From Vicinamibacterales bacterium (GTDB lineage: Bacteria; Acidobacteriota; Vicinamibacteria; Vicinamibacterales; UBA8438): DNA of 64,000 nt. The DNA is taken from contig OZ242323.1 of NCBI GenBank assembly GCA_965208165.1, positions 2,864,893-2,928,892 of the forward strand, in the 5' to 3' direction. Below the pieces are notes generated by a model, which did no database searches, was not told the origin of the DNA, and saw only the letters and a program-made list of their open reading frames with translations. Shown piece after piece: positions 61,373-64,000 of the stretch; positions within the stretch are counted from its first letter, which is position 1; each line of letters starts with the position of its first letter. The translations under genes were made by a program, and so were the position numbers.

Positions 61373-61504
61373 CGTGATTAGACCTCGCGGAGGAGTGTTC
61401 GAAGGCCCGCCCCGAGCGGGCGGGGCCTCCCCTGACGGAGGAGGGGCGATCCGCGGACCGCCCCCGCCGAAGCTCGACTCCCGTCGGAACGCCGAGGAAC
61501 TCCA

Positions 61505-61585
61505 GCCCGCCGATCGTCGCCCGCGGCTCCGCTCGGCGCCCTACCAATCCGGCAGGAGTCCGCGCCCTTCCACGGCGCCGACTCC
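61505..61585 (-). repeat. Copy of the ~80-nt hairpin repeat family downstream of ccmE
   Basis: Minus strand reads GGGAGTCGGCGCCGTGGAAGGGCGCGGACTCC-TGCCGGATTGGTAGGGCGCCGAGCGGAGCCGCGGGCGACGATCGGCGGGC. Confidence 0.85.
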
Positions 61586-61586
61586 C

Positions 61587-61619
61587 AGTAGCTCGACGCC
61601 GCTAGTAGCTCGACGCCGC
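61587..61619. repeat. 16-nt perfect direct repeat (period 17) duplicating the terminal codons of ccmE
   Basis: agtagctcgacgccgc at 61587-61602 and 61604-61619. The ccmE stop (cta) is at 61602-61604. Confidence 0.9.
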
Positions 61620-62024
61620 CGCGCCCAGGGTGGGCTTGGGCTCGTACTTGGACGGGCACTTGGCCATCACCCCGTTCGGCTTCACGGAGAAGCCGTGGGG
61701 CGACAGCTGCCCCGAGATGACCACCTCCGAGCCGTCCTGGAAGGTGTCGGGAACGATGCCGGTGTACTCGGCGTCGATCACGGAACCGTTGTTCTCGACC
61801 TTGAACCGGTACTCCAGGGTGTTCGGCTTGACGAGCCGGGACCCCGGCACCACGTATCCGTGGACCTGGAGATTCTTGCCGTACCACGCCTCGGGCTCGG
61901 CCAGGACCTCGTCGACGTGCATGTAGTACTCGGTGCCCTCGGCGAGCGTCCCCCAGAGCAGCCCGCCGAACGCGGCGGACAGGACCAGGGTGGTCACGAT
62001 CATCTTCACGGTCTTGGCTGGCAT
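61602..62024 (-). CDS. ccmE: Heme chaperone CcmE, CXXXY variant
   Basis: 140 aa, N-terminal TM plus OB-fold. The heme-attachment region reads VMAKCPSKYEP where canonical CcmE has (L/V)AKHDENY. Confidence 0.85.
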   Translation of the reverse strand: MPAKTVKMIVTTLVLSAAFGGLLWGTLAEGTEYYMHVDEVLAEPEAWYGKNLQVHGYVVPGSRLVKPNTLEYRFKVENNGSVIDAEYTGIVPDTFQDGSEVVISGQLSPHGFSVKPNGVMAKCPSKYEPKPTLGAAASSY

Positions 62025-62124
62025 GCTGTTGCACCCTCATGGCGCGAAGACCGCAGTCCGTCTTCGGACGCCAAACCGAAAATCGCCGGATATGCTGAAG
62101 GATACCGTGACGAAGCCCGGCCGG

Positions 62125-62730
62125 TCAACGGTGCGGGCCGCGAAATGCGGGCTCCGCGGCGGCGGGACTCCCCCCGTCGGCGAGCTCGCGGAGCAGACCG
62201 TCGACCAGCTCGACGGGCAACCCCACCACGTTGGTGTACGACCCCTCGATGCGGGTGACGAACCGCGATGCCCGGCCCTGGATCGAGTACGCGCCGGCCT
62301 TGTCGGCCGATTCGCCCGTCGCCACGTACCACGCGACGTCGCCGGGGCTCAGCGCCCGGAAGACCACGCGGGTCGACTGCACGCCGTCGCGGCAGCGGTC
62401 GGCAGCGTGCAGGGCGACGCCGGTCAGCACCTCGTGGGCCCGGCCGGACAGCCGGCGCAGCATGGCGGCCGCCCCCGCGGCGCCGTCCGGCTTGCCCAGC
62501 ACCGCGCCGTCGACCACCACGAGCGTGTCGGCCCCGAGCACCACCGCTCCCCGATGGCGCGGCGCCACCGCCGCGGCCTTCTCGCGCGCCAGTCGGCGCA
62601 CCAGCTCGCGCGGGGCCTCCCCCTCCCGCCGGCGCTCGTCGATGTCGGCCGGCGCCACCTCGAACCGGTAGCCGGCGCAGGTCAGCAGCTCCGACCGGCG
62701 CGGCGAGCGGGAGGCGAGCACGAGTCGCAT
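62125..62730 (-). CDS. maf: Maf-like nucleoside triphosphate pyrophosphatase
   Basis: 201 aa. MRLVLASRSPRRSELL..., GADTLVVVDG, AGAYSIQG. Confidence 0.9.
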   Translation of the reverse strand: MRLVLASRSPRRSELLTCAGYRFEVAPADIDERRREGEAPRELVRRLAREKAAAVAPRHRGAVVLGADTLVVVDGAVLGKPDGAAGAAAMLRRLSGRAHEVLTGVALHAADRCRDGVQSTRVVFRALSPGDVAWYVATGESADKAGAYSIQGRASRFVTRIEGSYTNVVGLPVELVDGLLRELADGGSPAAAEPAFRGPHR

Positions 62731-62754
62731 TGAGCCTGGATGTTACATTACAGT
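62725..62754 (+). promoter_or_regulatory. Sigma-70-like promoter (TTGAGC-18 nt-TACAGT) placing the TSS at or next to the ATG at 62762 (leaderless)
   Basis: cgcaTTGAGCctggatgttacatTACAGTaaatcggATG. Lower-GC patch, -10 ends 7 nt before the ATG, no SD. Confidence 0.4.
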
Positions 62755-62761
62755 AAATCGG

Positions 62762-63166
62762 ATGCGGGGCGGCCATCGCGGCGGGAAGGGCGGATCGATG
62801 ACGGCGGCGGGACGGTGCACCACCGCCGCCGTCGGGGCCCTGTTGCGCGACCAGCCGCTCTCGCCCGGCAAGGTCTCGCTGGCCTGGAGGGCCGCCGTCG
62901 GGCCGGGCTTCCACCGGGTCACGACGGTCGCGCTCGAGCCCGAGGGCACGTTGCGGGTCAGCGCCGCCGACCGGCACTGGGCCCGCGAGCTCCACCGGTC
63001 GCGCCCCCTCGTCGCCGCGCGGCTGAAGCAGCTCCTCGGCGACGGGGTCGTGACCCGCATCGAGATCGCAACATCGCGTCACCGCGGAGGAGAGACAGTC
63101 CCATGCGAGAGTCGGTCATCGTCAGCGCCGCCCGCCTGCCCACCGGGAAGTTCCTCGGCGCCCTGA
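62762..63166 (+). CDS. DUF721 (DciA-like) domain protein
   Basis: 134 aa. PLSPGKVSLAWRAAVGPGFHRVTTVALEPEGTLRVSAADRHWARELHRSRPLVAARLKQLLG fits the DUF721 pattern. The 3' end overlaps the thiolase start by ~64 nt. Confidence 0.55.
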   Translation: MRGGHRGGKGGSMTAAGRCTTAAVGALLRDQPLSPGKVSLAWRAAVGPGFHRVTTVALEPEGTLRVSAADRHWARELHRSRPLVAARLKQLLGDGVVTRIEIATSRHRGGETVPCESRSSSAPPACPPGSSSAP

Positions 63167-64000
63167 AGAGCCTGCCGGTCACCGATCTGGGGGCCCGGGT
63201 GGTCCGCGAGGCGGTCGCCCGCGCCGGCATCGAGCCCGGATTGGTCGACGAGTGCATCATGGGCAACGTGGTCTCCGCCGGGGCCGGCCAGGCCCCGGCG
63301 CGGCAGGCGGCCATCAGGGGCGGGCTCCCCGACCACGTCGGGGCCCTGACCATCAACAAGGTGTGCGGGTCGGGCCTCAAGGCGGTCATGCTCGCCTCGC
63401 AGGGCATCGCGACGGGAGACATCGACGTCGCCGTGGCCGGGGGCATGGAGTCGATGAGCAACTGCCCCTACATGCTCACGCGGGCGCGAGAGGGCATGCG
63501 CATGGGCAACGCCGAGGTCCTCGACTCGATGCTCCACGACGGGCTCTGGTGCTCGCTCGAGAACCAGGGCATGGGCATCGCCTGCGAGGCGGTGGTCGAG
63601 CGCTACGGCGTCTCTCGCGACGACCAGGACGCCTTCGCCGCCGCGAGCCACCACAAGGCGGCACGGGCCATCCGCGAGTGCTGGTTCAAGGACGAGCTCC
63701 TGCCCGTCGAGATCCCGCAGCGCCGCGGCGACCCCGTCCGGCTCGAGTACGACGAGCCGGTGCGGCCCGACACCAGCGCCGAGGCCCTGGGCAGGCTACG
63801 GCCGGCCTTCAAGAAGGAGGGCGGCACGGTGACCGCGGGGAACGCCCCGGGGGTGAACGACGGCGCCGCCGCCGTCGTCATCATGGCCGCCGACCGGGCC
63901 GAGGCGCTCGGCCTGACCCCGATGGCCCGGGTCGTCGGGCAGGCGGTGAGCGGGCTCGCGCCGAAGTGGCTGCTGATGACCCCGGTCGAGGCGGTCCGCA
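63103..64000 (+). CDS. Acetyl-CoA C-acetyltransferase (thiolase), 5' part, runs off window end
   Basis: Not in the ORF track (no stop in window). GGAGGAG SD, then ATG 63103: MRESVIVSAARLPTGKFLGALKSLPVTDLGA...NKVCGSGLKAVM (active-site Cys)...GNAPGVNDGAAAVV. Confidence 0.85.
   Translation, partial: MRESVIVSAARLPTGKFLGALKSLPVTDLGARVVREAVARAGIEPGLVDECIMGNVVSAGAGQAPARQAAIRGGLPDHVGALTINKVCGSGLKAVMLASQGIATGDIDVAVAGGMESMSNCPYMLTRAREGMRMGNAEVLDSMLHDGLWCSLENQGMGIACEAVVERYGVSRDDQDAFAAASHHKAARAIRECWFKDELLPVEIPQRRGDPVRLEYDEPVRPDTSAEALGRLRPAFKKEGGTVTAGNAPGVNDGAAAVVIMAADRAEALGLTPMARVVGQAVSGLAPKWLLMTPVEAVR

Noticed and set aside
1-64000. Mobile genetic element, prophage, defence island, toxin-antitoxin or biosynthetic gene cluster
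   Set aside because: No integrase, transposase, reverse transcriptase, restriction/Cas/Abi-type, capsid/terminase or PKS/NRPS-like ORFs were recognisable in any frame. GC content is uniform apart from short promoter-like patches.

Overview
64-kb chromosomal segment of a roughly 70% GC Gram-negative bacterium. The gene content (DUF1592/DUF1552 pair, sigma-54 activator, System I cytochrome c maturation, several porin-like OMPs) suggests an Acidobacteriota/Gemmatimonadota-like lineage, but the taxon is inference only. The window is densely coding and mostly housekeeping. In order it holds: BlaI/BlaR1; a DUF1592-DUF1552-ankyrin exported trio; a tandem YjbQ-like protein plus a Tat-signal class V PLP enzyme; an NCS2 permease; arginase; an OprO/P-like porin; a glnB-glnE-epimerase operon; pntAA-AB-B; an orphan ABC ATPase; ybdK; nfeD; RNase P RNA; an orphan NtrC-type sigma-54 activator; polyprenyl synthase; tatD; metG; larC; radC; dapF; an OMP; dtd; ttcA; an AsnB-like/AlgJ-like/DegT/VOC/GMC/Gfo-Idh-MocA/GT2/OMP envelope-glycan cluster; Nudix-IMPase-RsbW-like genes; aroA-aroK; a metallophosphoesterase; a long ccm operon; maf; DUF721; and a thiolase (partial). 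I saw no rRNA, tRNA, CRISPR, transposase, integrase or phage genes. Because of the high GC, most long track ORFs antisense to or overlapping these genes are artefacts. Start codons were re-picked by hand where the track ORF over-extends. The most unusual signals are non-genic. (1) A dispersed ~80-nt hairpin repeat family abuts gene 3' ends and in several cases supplies the last codons plus the stop codon. (2) Gene termini, including the stop or start codon, are repeatedly reiterated in tandem at 6-8 loci. (3) An inverted-repeat element is bracketed by two family copies next to rnpB. (4) A textbook sigma-54 promoter with an upstream inverted repeat drives an OMP-GT2-oxidoreductase operon. (5) A variant System I ccm operon has a CXXXY-type CcmE, a CcmF fused to a Cys-rich CcmH-like domain, and two extra coupled membrane genes. 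All product calls rest on motif recognition by eye; no database search was run.
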